A stretch of 64,000 nt of DNA from Patescibacteria group bacterium. Its GTDB lineage: Bacteria; Patescibacteriota; Microgenomatia; UBA1400; PJMF01. Location: contig JAZQJV010000018.1 of the NCBI GenBank assembly GCA_045541795.1, positions 37,857 through 101,856 of the forward strand, read 5' to 3'. The notes below the pieces were generated by a model. It was not told the DNA's origin. It saw nothing but the letters and a program-made list of their open reading frames with translations, and made no database searches. Below, piece after piece: positions 36,952 through 46,148 of this stretch. A program made the translations under genes and the position numbers. Within the stretch, counting starts at the first letter, position 1. The number at the start of each line of letters is the position of its first letter.

Positions 36952-38676
36952 ATGCGCCGATTATTAATGAGTTTTGGCATTTTTTTCCTGCTTTCCGGGA
37001 TGAGTTGTAGTGCTATTGACCCGGTAGATGAACTGCAAGGCCAGATCAACGAGCTGGAAAACCTCAAGAAAATGTCTGAAGATGCGACTTCTAATCTGGA
37101 AGCAGAAGTTAAGAATTTAAGCAGTCGCATTAACGCTGCCAGACGTCAAGTGGCACAAATTAAAGTCCAAATGGAGGAATTAGCCACCAGCATTGAGCAG
37201 CGCGAACAAACTCGCGAGGAAAAAACCGAACTTCTCGGTAATGTCGTCGCTAAAACTTACAAATCATCCCGTCAAACGTCACCTCTGCTCATCCTCCTCG
37301 ATCCCGAAAGTAATCATTCTGCCTTCCTTTCGGCCGTCAGTTACCAGGCTGCGCAAAAACGCAACCAGCAACAAATCCAAGATATTGTCAATGAACTTAT
37401 CCAGCTACAGCAAGACAAGGTATCTTTGGAAAACACCAAGACTCGTCTGGTTGCCTTAGAAGCGCAGCTCGACGAACAAACAAAATTTTTCCAGCACGAA
37501 ATTGACTCTGCCAAAAGTTACCAAGCTGAGCTTTCTGGAAAAATCGCCGAACTGTCCGCCCGCCAAAAGCAAATCATTGACGCTCGCTCGGGCACATCCA
37601 TTACTAGTGTCGGCGAGGTCCCGGCTGCCGATGATCCCAAAGCCTCCATCGAATGGAAAGCCCAGGCTCCCAGTAATCATTTTGCCGTTTTCTCTTTTGG
37701 CGCCTACACGCATCGTAACGGTATGAGTCAGTACGGCGCTCGCGCGCGCGCGAGCGAAGGCCAAAGTGTAGAGGAGATTTTAGCTCATTACTATCCCGGC
37801 ACTCATCTGGAAAAGGGCTATAGCGAGATGGGGGAGATCGACGTACAAGGTTACGGTCGGATGTCATTTGAAGATCAATACTTACAAAGTATTTACGAAA
37901 TGCCCGGCAGCTGGCCGCTGGAAGCGCTCAAAGCTCAGGCGATCGCTGCCCGCACTTATGCCATCCGCTACACCGGCAACGGCGCTCGTTCTATCTGTAC
38001 TACTGAAGCCTGTCAGGTCTACAAAAACGGCAAAAAGGGCGGCGACTGGGAAAAGGCAGTCAATGAGACCAAAAACTGGGTTTTAGTCACTGATGACGGC
38101 CAGCCGGCCTCTACGCAATACGCCTCCACTCACGGCGGCTATGCCAATACCAGCGGCTGGGATACGACCGATGGCAGCGGTGATGGTACCTGGTCAGATC
38201 GCGCCTGGGAAGCAAAAGCGTCCTCACCTTGGTTTTACAAAGCTTGGTGGCGCTCTGGGTATTCCTCCAGAGGTGATACTTGTGGCCGCGACAGTCCGTG
38301 GCTGTCTCAAGCCGAAATGAGCGACATCCTCAATGCATACCTGGTCAAAAACGGCTCTACTGGTGCCGACATCAGCCGGATCCAGCCTGTGACGATTAAC
38401 TCCTGCAAAATCGGTGGTTCGGGTGGCAATCCTTATTCCCTTGATGAACTCAAACGTTTTGCCGAGGCCGCTGGCGGAGCCGTCACTACGATCTCCGGTG
38501 TGACCGTGTCTCATGGCAGCGGCGGTCAGACAGCTCAGGTCCGTTTCCAGACAAATCGCGGCGAGCTCACCTTGTCAGGCAGCGAATTTAAGCAAATCTT
38601 TAATCTGCGCGCCCCCGGGTTTTTACGCATTCCCCAAAGTAGTTTTGCCAGTTTTAATATCGAGTACAAACCTTGA
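36952..38676 (+). CDS. Coiled-coil plus SpoIID/LytB-domain peptidoglycan lytic enzyme
   Basis: Signal peptide, long coiled coil, HRNGMSQYGA, EMPGSWPLEALKAQAIAARTYA and CQVY motifs. Confidence 0.85.
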   Translation: MRRLLMSFGIFFLLSGMSCSAIDPVDELQGQINELENLKKMSEDATSNLEAEVKNLSSRINAARRQVAQIKVQMEELATSIEQREQTREEKTELLGNVVAKTYKSSRQTSPLLILLDPESNHSAFLSAVSYQAAQKRNQQQIQDIVNELIQLQQDKVSLENTKTRLVALEAQLDEQTKFFQHEIDSAKSYQAELSGKIAELSARQKQIIDARSGTSITSVGEVPAADDPKASIEWKAQAPSNHFAVFSFGAYTHRNGMSQYGARARASEGQSVEEILAHYYPGTHLEKGYSEMGEIDVQGYGRMSFEDQYLQSIYEMPGSWPLEALKAQAIAARTYAIRYTGNGARSICTTEACQVYKNGKKGGDWEKAVNETKNWVLVTDDGQPASTQYASTHGGYANTSGWDTTDGSGDGTWSDRAWEAKASSPWFYKAWWRSGYSSRGDTCGRDSPWLSQAEMSDILNAYLVKNGSTGADISRIQPVTINSCKIGGSGGNPYSLDELKRFAEAAGGAVTTISGVTVSHGSGGQTAQVRFQTNRGELTLSGSEFKQIFNLRAPGFLRIPQSSFASFNIEYKP

Positions 38677-38697
38677 TCGGTGTGGTATAATATCCCC

Positions 38698-39900
38698 ATG
38701 CAAAGGCTTTGTCGTTGGTTAAGTTTTGACTGGGTACGTATTGGTTTGATTTGGATCGTCTATCATCTCTTCATCTTGACTGTCGCGAGTCTGACTACTT
38801 ACTTTGAGCCGCTCGGCTATCATCCCAGTCACGCGCTCTCAGAACTCCTCGATGCAGCTCCGTTGTCGCCTTACATTTCTCGTCTCGCTGGCTTTGATGG
38901 CGTGCATTACCAGACTATCATCAATCACCGCGGCTACCGAGAAATTGGCGGTGTACAGGCTTTTTTCCCGCTTTATCCTTGGCTCATGTCACTGTTTAAT
39001 TTTATCACTCACCAGTCTATTGTTTCGGGTTTACTGATTTCCAGCCTGAGCCTATATGGATTTTTACTGCTTCTTTTCCGCTGGACTAGAAAAAAAACCG
39101 ACACTACCACCGCTTGGTGGCTGATCGCCCTCGTTTTGTGTTTACCAGGCAGTTTTTTCTATCTTACGGTGTACACGGAGAGCCTCTTTTTATTCCTACT
39201 TTTAGCTGCTTTTACCGCTTATGAACACAAAAATTACCCCATTTGTGCCGTTTGCTTGTTTTTCCTTTCTGCCTGCCGGATTGTGGGCATTTTGGCAGTG
39301 GTTGCACTGTTTTGTGACTATTTTATAAAGTCATACAAAAGACATCAATTAACCAAAAAATCTTCTCTTTGTAATCTTTTTGTACTCAGCCTCGGCAGTC
39401 TTGGTTTGATCTCCTATATGATCCACTTATACCTTATTCATGGTGACCCTCTAATGTTTGTCCATGTCCAAGCTGATTTTGGCGGTGGGCGGGACACCTC
39501 ACAGTTGGTGCTGCTACCGCAAGTTTTTTACCGTTATCTAAAAATGTGCCTGGTCGGGTTTAGTTCTTGGCCTGAAGCCTACCGCGTTTACCAGGAATTG
39601 CTGATTTCGCTCGCTTATTTACTGGGGCTTATCGGCGCCAGTTACCAATATTGGCGACAAAAAGACCGCATTCAACCTCTCTACTTACTCCTTTTTAGCC
39701 TGGCCGCCTACCTGATCGGCCCAGCCACCGGGATGCTCAGCAGTATGAGCCGTTATACACTAGTCTGCCTGTCAGTACCCCTTTTTATCTTGTGCGTAAG
39801 AAAAATACGCTGTCATTATTTGATACCCTCTATAATTATCATGGCGGTCATCCAAATCATCAACTTAATATTATTTCTCGAGGGTATTTTTATCGCATAA
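38698..39900 (+). CDS. GT-C mannosyltransferase (PIG-V-like)
   Basis: FDGVHY, AFFPLYP, YTESLFL, RIVG and SMSRY motifs; multi-TM. Confidence 0.8.
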   Translation: MQRLCRWLSFDWVRIGLIWIVYHLFILTVASLTTYFEPLGYHPSHALSELLDAAPLSPYISRLAGFDGVHYQTIINHRGYREIGGVQAFFPLYPWLMSLFNFITHQSIVSGLLISSLSLYGFLLLLFRWTRKKTDTTTAWWLIALVLCLPGSFFYLTVYTESLFLFLLLAAFTAYEHKNYPICAVCLFFLSACRIVGILAVVALFCDYFIKSYKRHQLTKKSSLCNLFVLSLGSLGLISYMIHLYLIHGDPLMFVHVQADFGGGRDTSQLVLLPQVFYRYLKMCLVGFSSWPEAYRVYQELLISLAYLLGLIGASYQYWRQKDRIQPLYLLLFSLAAYLIGPATGMLSSMSRYTLVCLSVPLFILCVRKIRCHYLIPSIIIMAVIQIINLILFLEGIFIA

Positions 39901-39907
39901 TTGCCCC

Positions 39908-39946
39908 TTGACAAAATGAAGATGATATGTTATAATATATTTGTCA
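39908..39946 (+). promoter_or_regulatory. Consensus sigma70 promoter bracketed by an inverted repeat
   Basis: TTGACA-17 bp-TATAAT; TGACAAA (39909) and TTTGTCA (39940). Confidence 0.75.
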
Positions 39947-39975
39947 TGGTTAAAAGTGACTAAGTTAAGGAAAAT

Positions 39976-40347
39976 ATGAAAAAGTTAATTATTAGCTCCG
40001 CCATCATGCTCGGCCTTGCTGGCGCTGTCTTACCAGTTAGTGCTGACACGCGCACTTATACTGAGCGCGAGTGTAGTACCGATAGTTACGGCAATACCAC
40101 CTGTCGTGACAAAACCACCAACGTGGAAACTGGAGTCATCACTTACTCCAATCACACGGTCAATGGTTATGCCACAGGCAGCAGTACTCGCGGCGGTTAC
40201 ATTACTTACGGCCAGGCGGTCACCGGCCAGAGTGTCAATATCCTCAATACCGGTCTGCCCACCGGTGGTGCGCTGGTAGCAGGCGTCATTGTTGCCTTGG
40301 GGAGTCTCAGCTTAGCTTTCAAAGTGCTTTTGCGCCAAGCCAAGTGA
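39976..40347 (+). CDS. Small secreted protein with a C-terminal sorting-signal-like anchor
   Basis: Signal peptide; ILNTG followed by a hydrophobic helix and a basic tail. Confidence 0.7.
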   Translation: MKKLIISSAIMLGLAGAVLPVSADTRTYTERECSTDSYGNTTCRDKTTNVETGVITYSNHTVNGYATGSSTRGGYITYGQAVTGQSVNILNTGLPTGGALVAGVIVALGSLSLAFKVLLRQAK

Positions 40348-40406
40348 AACCTCATTTCTGTACAAAATTGCCCCGTTAAATTGCGTTTGACATGTTATAA
40401 TCACTC

Positions 40407-43400
40407 ATGTCAAATTTTGCTGCCAAATTTAAAAGTGAACTCGCCAAACTCAACCCTGCCCAAAAACAGGCCGTGGACACGCTGGAAGGCCCGGTGATGG
40501 TTTTTGCCGGCCCAGGCACAGGCAAAACCCAGATCCTCACGCTGCGCATCGCCAATCTCATCAGTCAGGGTCTGGCCGAGCCAGCCCAGATCTTAGCACT
40601 GACTTTCACTACCTCAGCTGCCGCCAATATGCGCACTCGCCTGGGCAGAATGATCGGCACCGCTGGGCTGCAAGTCCCGTTTTTCACTTTTCATGAGTTT
40701 TGCCAGACGGTGATCGGTGACCATCCAGAAGTTTTCCCTTTTGGTGAGCACGCCTTACCTCTGGGAGACTTAGAACGGATCGACATTTTGCAACAGGTGA
40801 TTGACCAAGTAATGCCGCCTAGTCTCCGGCCTACGGGCGCCGCTTACACGTATCTGGAGGCGATTTCGAGTGCGATCCAAAATCTCAAGGCTGAGTACGT
40901 GACACCAGAAAAATACCGCCAGCTTTTGGCGCAGGAAAAAAAACGGGTAGACAGCTTGATTGACGAAGAAATGGCCCGCAAGCGCCCGCGCAAAACTGTG
41001 ATTACTCATTTGAGGGTCACTTTTGCCAAGCAAGAAGAACTGGCGGATTTATACGAGCATTATAACCGCCTGCTGAGTGAGCGTCATCGTTACGATTTTG
41101 CCGATATGATTTTGCAAACAGTAAGCGTTTTCCGCGAGCAACCGGATATTTTAGCTCAGTACCAGGAGAAATTCCAGTATCTGCTCGTGGACGAGTATCA
41201 AGATACCAACAATTCTCAAAATGCTGTGCTTGACGCTTTGGCTAGTTTTTGGGGTGAACAGGCAAATATTTTTGTCGTCGGCGATCCTTATCAGTCTATC
41301 TACCGTTTCCAGGGCGCCAATGTAGAGAACTTTTTGGGCTTTACCAGTCGCTATCCGGCCGCCCGAGTCATCAATCTCCTCACAGGTTACCGTTGTCATG
41401 CTCATACTTACGCGCTCGCACATGCCCTGACCCATGAGATGAGTCCGCTCGAGGTAGACGGGGCAGGGGAGGCCCTAAAAAGTGGCAGTCACTTGTCACC
41501 ACTGCCGGCTTTACTTACCGCTTGTCCTAGTCAACAAGCTGAAATCATCAATATTTTTACCCGCATTCGCTCACTTATTGCTTCCGGCACGCCGCCTGAG
41601 CAAATTGCCATCATTTACCGTAAAAATCGTGAAGCCGACGCGCTCCTAACGGCTGCTGCTCACTATGGTATCGCTTGCGAGATTGAAGGCGGCGCTGACG
41701 TACTCGAAATGGAGACAGTGATCTGGATTTTACAGCTTTGCCGTCTCTGCGCCCATCTGGAGGACAGGCAAACCAGTGATAGCCTGGTCTATCAGCTGCT
41801 GTGGCGTCCATTTTGGCATGCAGACACTCTGGCTGTCGTCAAACTTATCCGCCTGGCTCGGGAAAAAAGATGGGTGCTCTGGGATATTTTGGCCGATCGC
41901 CGCCACCCGGCTTGGTTAGAGCTGGCAGCTGACGGCGTGAGCGAGCAACACTTAGCGGCCCTCGAAAACGTCGGTAATATTCTTAAAGATCTGGCCGCGC
42001 AGGCCGCCAATCTGCCTCCGTCACAATTTATCGCCTTACTGCTGGAAAAAAGCGGCATTTTGGCCTGGGTAAGGACACGCCAGGACTACTTACATCAGTT
42101 GACCGCCATTTTCACCTTTACCCAAGCTGTAGGTGAATGGTGCAGTGCCGATCCATATTTAACTCTAGCCGGAGTATTGACCAATTTTGATCTGATGCGC
42201 CAGCACAACTTACATTTACCACTGCAAGATCTCAACGCTCGTGATGGCGCGATCGCTCTTACCACTGCTCACAAAGCTAAGGGACGAGAATGGGATTATG
42301 TTTTCATTTATGGGCTTAATAAGGGCGTCTGGGATCACGCGCGGGCGGCTTTGAGTGTCAAATTGCCCGCTGGTATTATCACCATGCAGTCGCTTGATGA
42401 TAAAGAAAGTATCCTTGATGAAGAAAAACGGCTTTTTTACGTCGCGCTCACGCGTGCCCGGCGGCAAAACTTTCTCAGCTGGCATGAAAGCGAAATTAGC
42501 GCCGCTCGTACCCGCCAAATGCAGGCTTCTGATCTCGTTTTCTTTCTCCAAAAGCAGGTCACCGCTGGTCTGGTGGAAGAAGCACCGCTACTTTTGGATG
42601 CAGCCGCGCTCACTCGTGAACTTGACGTCTTCCTGGCGCCCGCTCCCGAGCGAGACTGGGGATCGGTAAGTCGTGACTATCTGCAAGGGCACGTCAAAAA
42701 CCTCAAACTGTCGGCTACCATGCTTAATGACTATTTGAGCGACGTCAACGTATTTATCGAGCGACACTTACTCGGTGCTCCAGGAGAGCCGGCCAGCACC
42801 CCGCAGCTTTTTGGCAACAGTTTCCATCGCACTCTGGAGCGAGCATTGCGGCCACAATTGACGGGCGCTGATCGCCTCTCGCTTGACGCGGCCAAAGAAC
42901 TATTTGCTGCTGATTTTGGGCGGGCAATTATCGAAAAGGCCGATTTGCAAGCCTGGACGAGTTTGGGTCTGGACTCACTAGAACTGTATTACAGGCAGCT
43001 GGCCACCTCACCCGTCATGCTGGTGGCCCTAGAGCGTAAATTTGGGGATTTGCCGCCCGTCTACCTAGACGACATCCCGCTTACAGGCAAAATCGACCGT
43101 ATTGATCAGCTGGATGCTGACACTGGTGAGGTCATAGATTATAAAACTGGTCAGCATCTGACTATGGGACAGCTTTTGGGTACTACGGCCAGCTCCAAGC
43201 TTTCCGCCCGCGAGCAAGAACTGCCAGAATGCATTCGCTCGCCATATAAGCGGCAGCTGCTTTTTTACAAACTTCTATGCGAGCGCGACCCTGAGTTTCA
43301 TTTACCAATTGCTCGGGGTGCTTTACATTTTGTCAAATCCGAAAAAGGAAAAATCGACGTCCGCCAATTCACACTTCCTGATGAAGAAGTTGCCGCTCTC

Positions 43401-43463
43401 GCCGACCTCATCCGGCAAGTCTGGAGAGAAATCCAGGAGTTGTCGTTTTGGACGGGGAAATAA
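40407..43463 (+). CDS. UvrD/PcrA-family helicase fused to a PD-(D/E)xK nuclease (AdnAB/AddA-like)
   Basis: AGPGTGKT, VDEYQDTN, GDPYQSIYRF, TAHKAKGREW, RLFYVALTRA; C-terminal GKIDRID..IDYKTG. Confidence 0.9.
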   Translation: MSNFAAKFKSELAKLNPAQKQAVDTLEGPVMVFAGPGTGKTQILTLRIANLISQGLAEPAQILALTFTTSAAANMRTRLGRMIGTAGLQVPFFTFHEFCQTVIGDHPEVFPFGEHALPLGDLERIDILQQVIDQVMPPSLRPTGAAYTYLEAISSAIQNLKAEYVTPEKYRQLLAQEKKRVDSLIDEEMARKRPRKTVITHLRVTFAKQEELADLYEHYNRLLSERHRYDFADMILQTVSVFREQPDILAQYQEKFQYLLVDEYQDTNNSQNAVLDALASFWGEQANIFVVGDPYQSIYRFQGANVENFLGFTSRYPAARVINLLTGYRCHAHTYALAHALTHEMSPLEVDGAGEALKSGSHLSPLPALLTACPSQQAEIINIFTRIRSLIASGTPPEQIAIIYRKNREADALLTAAAHYGIACEIEGGADVLEMETVIWILQLCRLCAHLEDRQTSDSLVYQLLWRPFWHADTLAVVKLIRLAREKRWVLWDILADRRHPAWLELAADGVSEQHLAALENVGNILKDLAAQAANLPPSQFIALLLEKSGILAWVRTRQDYLHQLTAIFTFTQAVGEWCSADPYLTLAGVLTNFDLMRQHNLHLPLQDLNARDGAIALTTAHKAKGREWDYVFIYGLNKGVWDHARAALSVKLPAGIITMQSLDDKESILDEEKRLFYVALTRARRQNFLSWHESEISAARTRQMQASDLVFFLQKQVTAGLVEEAPLLLDAAALTRELDVFLAPAPERDWGSVSRDYLQGHVKNLKLSATMLNDYLSDVNVFIERHLLGAPGEPASTPQLFGNSFHRTLERALRPQLTGADRLSLDAAKELFAADFGRAIIEKADLQAWTSLGLDSLELYYRQLATSPVMLVALERKFGDLPPVYLDDIPLTGKIDRIDQLDADTGEVIDYKTGQHLTMGQLLGTTASSKLSAREQELPECIRSPYKRQLLFYKLLCERDPEFHLPIARGALHFVKSEKGKIDVRQFTLPDEEVAALADLIRQVWREIQELSFWTGK

Positions 43464-43507
43464 TCAGGGTGAAAATTAGTCATTTTTATGATATAATATA
43501 GACAGTT

Positions 43508-44281
43508 ATGACAGTAAAAAGGCCCAATACTTCCAGATATTTGTTCATTTGCGCTGCCTTTTTAGTAGTGGGGATAGGGTTTTTATTTTTCCGTCACGTC
43601 CGCCAGCAAAAAAAGATTCTTGGCGAGACGACTTGGCTAGCGCCAGAGGCTAGCAGCGAAGCGGTAGTCAGCGAAAGTCCAGACCTTGCAGCTGACAGTC
43701 CGAATCAGTCTCCAACTACCCGTCTGCTCGAGGAGCGACGCCGAGTGCTGTGTGATCAGACTGCTGGCGTATATGAGCTTATTTCTCGTGAGACTGTCGA
43801 CGCCAGCATAGTCACCGGCTATTATCGCCTGGATGTCTCGCCGGCACTGACCATTGCTGCGGCTACACGGATGACAATTGAGACTGATGGCGTCACGGAA
43901 ACTGTGGACTTGCCCGCGTCAACCCATACAAGTTATACTACCTATCAAAGCAGTGATGATGCTGGCTTGCAGGCGCGCACCTACAGCCTCCAGGGAGATG
44001 CCTGGGTGTATACAAGCAAACCTGTAAACGGTGAGGCACAAAAAATTCTCGGCCATCATTTGTGGGAGCTGGCAAGTTTACCAGAACCAGACGGCACCGA
44101 CCGCCTGACTGCGCCTGGCGTTGCAGGCGGCACTTACCAGTTTGAATTCCAAGACTTGCAGCTTACAAAAGTCATTTTTACCAGCGGTGATGGCCGTGCT
44201 CGTATGGAATATTTACCACTGGATGAAAAGCCGCAAACCCAATTCCCGCCAGAAATAGCCGCCAACGCGACCAGTTTATAG
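43508..44281 (+). CDS. Hypothetical membrane-anchored protein
   Basis: N-terminal TM helix; own TATAAT upstream. Confidence 0.65.
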   Translation: MTVKRPNTSRYLFICAAFLVVGIGFLFFRHVRQQKKILGETTWLAPEASSEAVVSESPDLAADSPNQSPTTRLLEERRRVLCDQTAGVYELISRETVDASIVTGYYRLDVSPALTIAAATRMTIETDGVTETVDLPASTHTSYTTYQSSDDAGLQARTYSLQGDAWVYTSKPVNGEAQKILGHHLWELASLPEPDGTDRLTAPGVAGGTYQFEFQDLQLTKVIFTSGDGRARMEYLPLDEKPQTQFPPEIAANATSL

Positions 44282-44291
44282 TCTGGTATAC

Positions 44292-44314
44292 AAAAACTCG
44301 CCCGGTGAGGCGAG
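44292..44314 (-). terminator. Intrinsic terminator between convergent genes
   Basis: CTCGCC-N6-GGCGAG followed by T5 on the minus strand. Confidence 0.55.
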
Positions 44315-44336
44315 CCTTTGCATTCTAAGATGACCT

Positions 44337-44582
44337 TTAGACGCCGCCCTTGACCGTCTGTGCAATCAAAAGAATAAAGAGGAAAAACAAAGCTACACCG
44401 GCCCAAAAAAGCACTGTTGTAGGAAATTCCACCTCAAAAAGCGTCGTTGGCGCTTTACAGTTGGCCTCGTCCTTGACTTTGGAAGCCACCCGTACTTGTT
44501 TACTCTTAGCGGCCTTAGTGGCGGACTTCACGCCCGTCCGTTTTGCCGTCGTCTTTTTGGCACTACTTTTTGTTTTTGTCAT
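44337..44582 (-). CDS. Small Lys/Ala-rich protein with a C-terminal TM helix
   Basis: Basic low-complexity N-terminus; TGnTATAAT lies 8 nt before the ATG. Confidence 0.65.
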   Translation of the reverse strand: MTKTKSSAKKTTAKRTGVKSATKAAKSKQVRVASKVKDEANCKAPTTLFEVEFPTTVLFWAGVALFFLFILLIAQTVKGGV

Positions 44583-44710
44583 ATACTGCCATTATAACAT
44601 AGTTATTAGAGCGTGTCAACGGCATTTTCGCAAACTGTCTAAATTGCTCGCCAAAACTGCATTTGTGGTGGTAAAATACGACTAGGATAAATGATATACA
44701 AGGAGAAATT

Positions 44711-46003
44711 ATGAAAATTGCCTCGATTAAAGCTCAGGAAATTCTTGATTCACGGGGAAATCCAACCGTCTATGCACAGTTGGCACTTGAGGATGGTACC
44801 TGTAGCGCTGCTGGCGTCCCTTCTGGCGCCTCCACCGGCTCGCATGAAGCCGTAGAGCTGCGTGATGGCGACAAAACTCGTTACTCCGGCAAAGGGGTAC
44901 TGCAAGCCGTCGCCAACGTCAATGATATTATTGCGCCCGCATTAGTCGGCCAAGACATTGAGGATCAAGCTGCTCTTGATGACCAAATGATTAATTTAGA
45001 CGGCACACCCAACAAAGCCAAACTTGGTGCCAATGCTATCCTGGCTGTCTCCATGAGTATCACTAAGGCTGCTGCCGCGCTCAAAAAAGTGCCGCTATAC
45101 CAGCACGTGGCTGAGCTTTTTGGCCAGTCGACTGATCACTATGTGCTACCCATCCCAATGATGAACGTTCTCAATGGTGGTAAGCACGCGATCAAATCCT
45201 CTGATATGCAAGAATTTATGCTTTTCCCGCTTGGTCGCCCCAGTATTGCTGAGGCTGTCCGTGCTGGTGCAGAAACTTTTCACGTACTCGGGGGACTCCT
45301 CAAAGATAGCGGTTTTGCTACCAGCGTGGGCGATGAGGGCGGTTATGCTCCTTCGCTGGGGACCAATGAAGCTCCGCTGCAATTAATGGTCGAAGCGATC
45401 GAAGCGGCTGGCTATCGGCCAGGAGTAGATATTGGTATCGCTCTTGATCCCGCCTCAAGCGAATTTTACGACGCTGACACTCGTACTTATAACTTAGCCA
45501 CCGAGGGAGTACGACTGACCAGCAGTGAGCTGACCGCCAAATACGCCGCTTGGTTGGATCGCTATCCGATCGTCTCTATCGAAGACGGTCTCGCCGAAGA
45601 TGACTGGGAAGGTTTCACCGCCCAAACGGCTCTGCTTGGTGACCGCTTGCAAATTGTCGGCGATGATCTTTTTGTCACCAATCCTGCCCGGCTCCAAAAG
45701 GGAATTGACTTGCACGCTGCCAACTCTATCCTCATCAAACTAAATCAAATTGGCACGGTCAGTGAAACGATTGCTGCCATCAAGCTTGCCAAAGCTCACG
45801 GCTACACAGCGGTGGTCTCTCATCGCTCCGGTGAGACGGCTGATACCTTTATCGCTGATTTCGTCGTCGGCGCGGGTACGGGTCAGATCAAGACCGGTTC
45901 GGCAAGCCGCAGCGAGCGGATCGCCAAATATAATCGCTTGATGATGATTGAAAGAGAACTTGGTGAACGGGCATCATTTGCCAAATTTCCGTTCACAAAA
46001 TAA
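44711..46003 (+). CDS. eno: Enolase
   Basis: EILDSRGNPTV, PSGASTG, VGDEGG, ILIKLNQIG and SHRSGET motifs. Confidence 0.98.
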   Translation: MKIASIKAQEILDSRGNPTVYAQLALEDGTCSAAGVPSGASTGSHEAVELRDGDKTRYSGKGVLQAVANVNDIIAPALVGQDIEDQAALDDQMINLDGTPNKAKLGANAILAVSMSITKAAAALKKVPLYQHVAELFGQSTDHYVLPIPMMNVLNGGKHAIKSSDMQEFMLFPLGRPSIAEAVRAGAETFHVLGGLLKDSGFATSVGDEGGYAPSLGTNEAPLQLMVEAIEAAGYRPGVDIGIALDPASSEFYDADTRTYNLATEGVRLTSSELTAKYAAWLDRYPIVSIEDGLAEDDWEGFTAQTALLGDRLQIVGDDLFVTNPARLQKGIDLHAANSILIKLNQIGTVSETIAAIKLAKAHGYTAVVSHRSGETADTFIADFVVGAGTGQIKTGSASRSERIAKYNRLMMIERELGERASFAKFPFTK

Positions 46004-46061
46004 AACAAAAGTTACAAATTAACACATTTTGTTTTCGTTTGTTCATCAAAACCAGGCGAAA

Positions 46062-46140
46062 TTGTTAAACATTTGTTAAACATATGTTTAACAACAAATA
46101 TAGACAAAATGTGAACAATAATGTACACAAAAAGTGAACA
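46062..46140. promoter_or_regulatory. Helically phased array of TGT-N(2-3)-ACA-like units upstream of gpmI
   Basis: Units end at 46071, 46082, 46093, 46106, 46117, 46129 and 46140. Confidence 0.55.
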
Positions 46141-46148
46141 AAGGAGTC

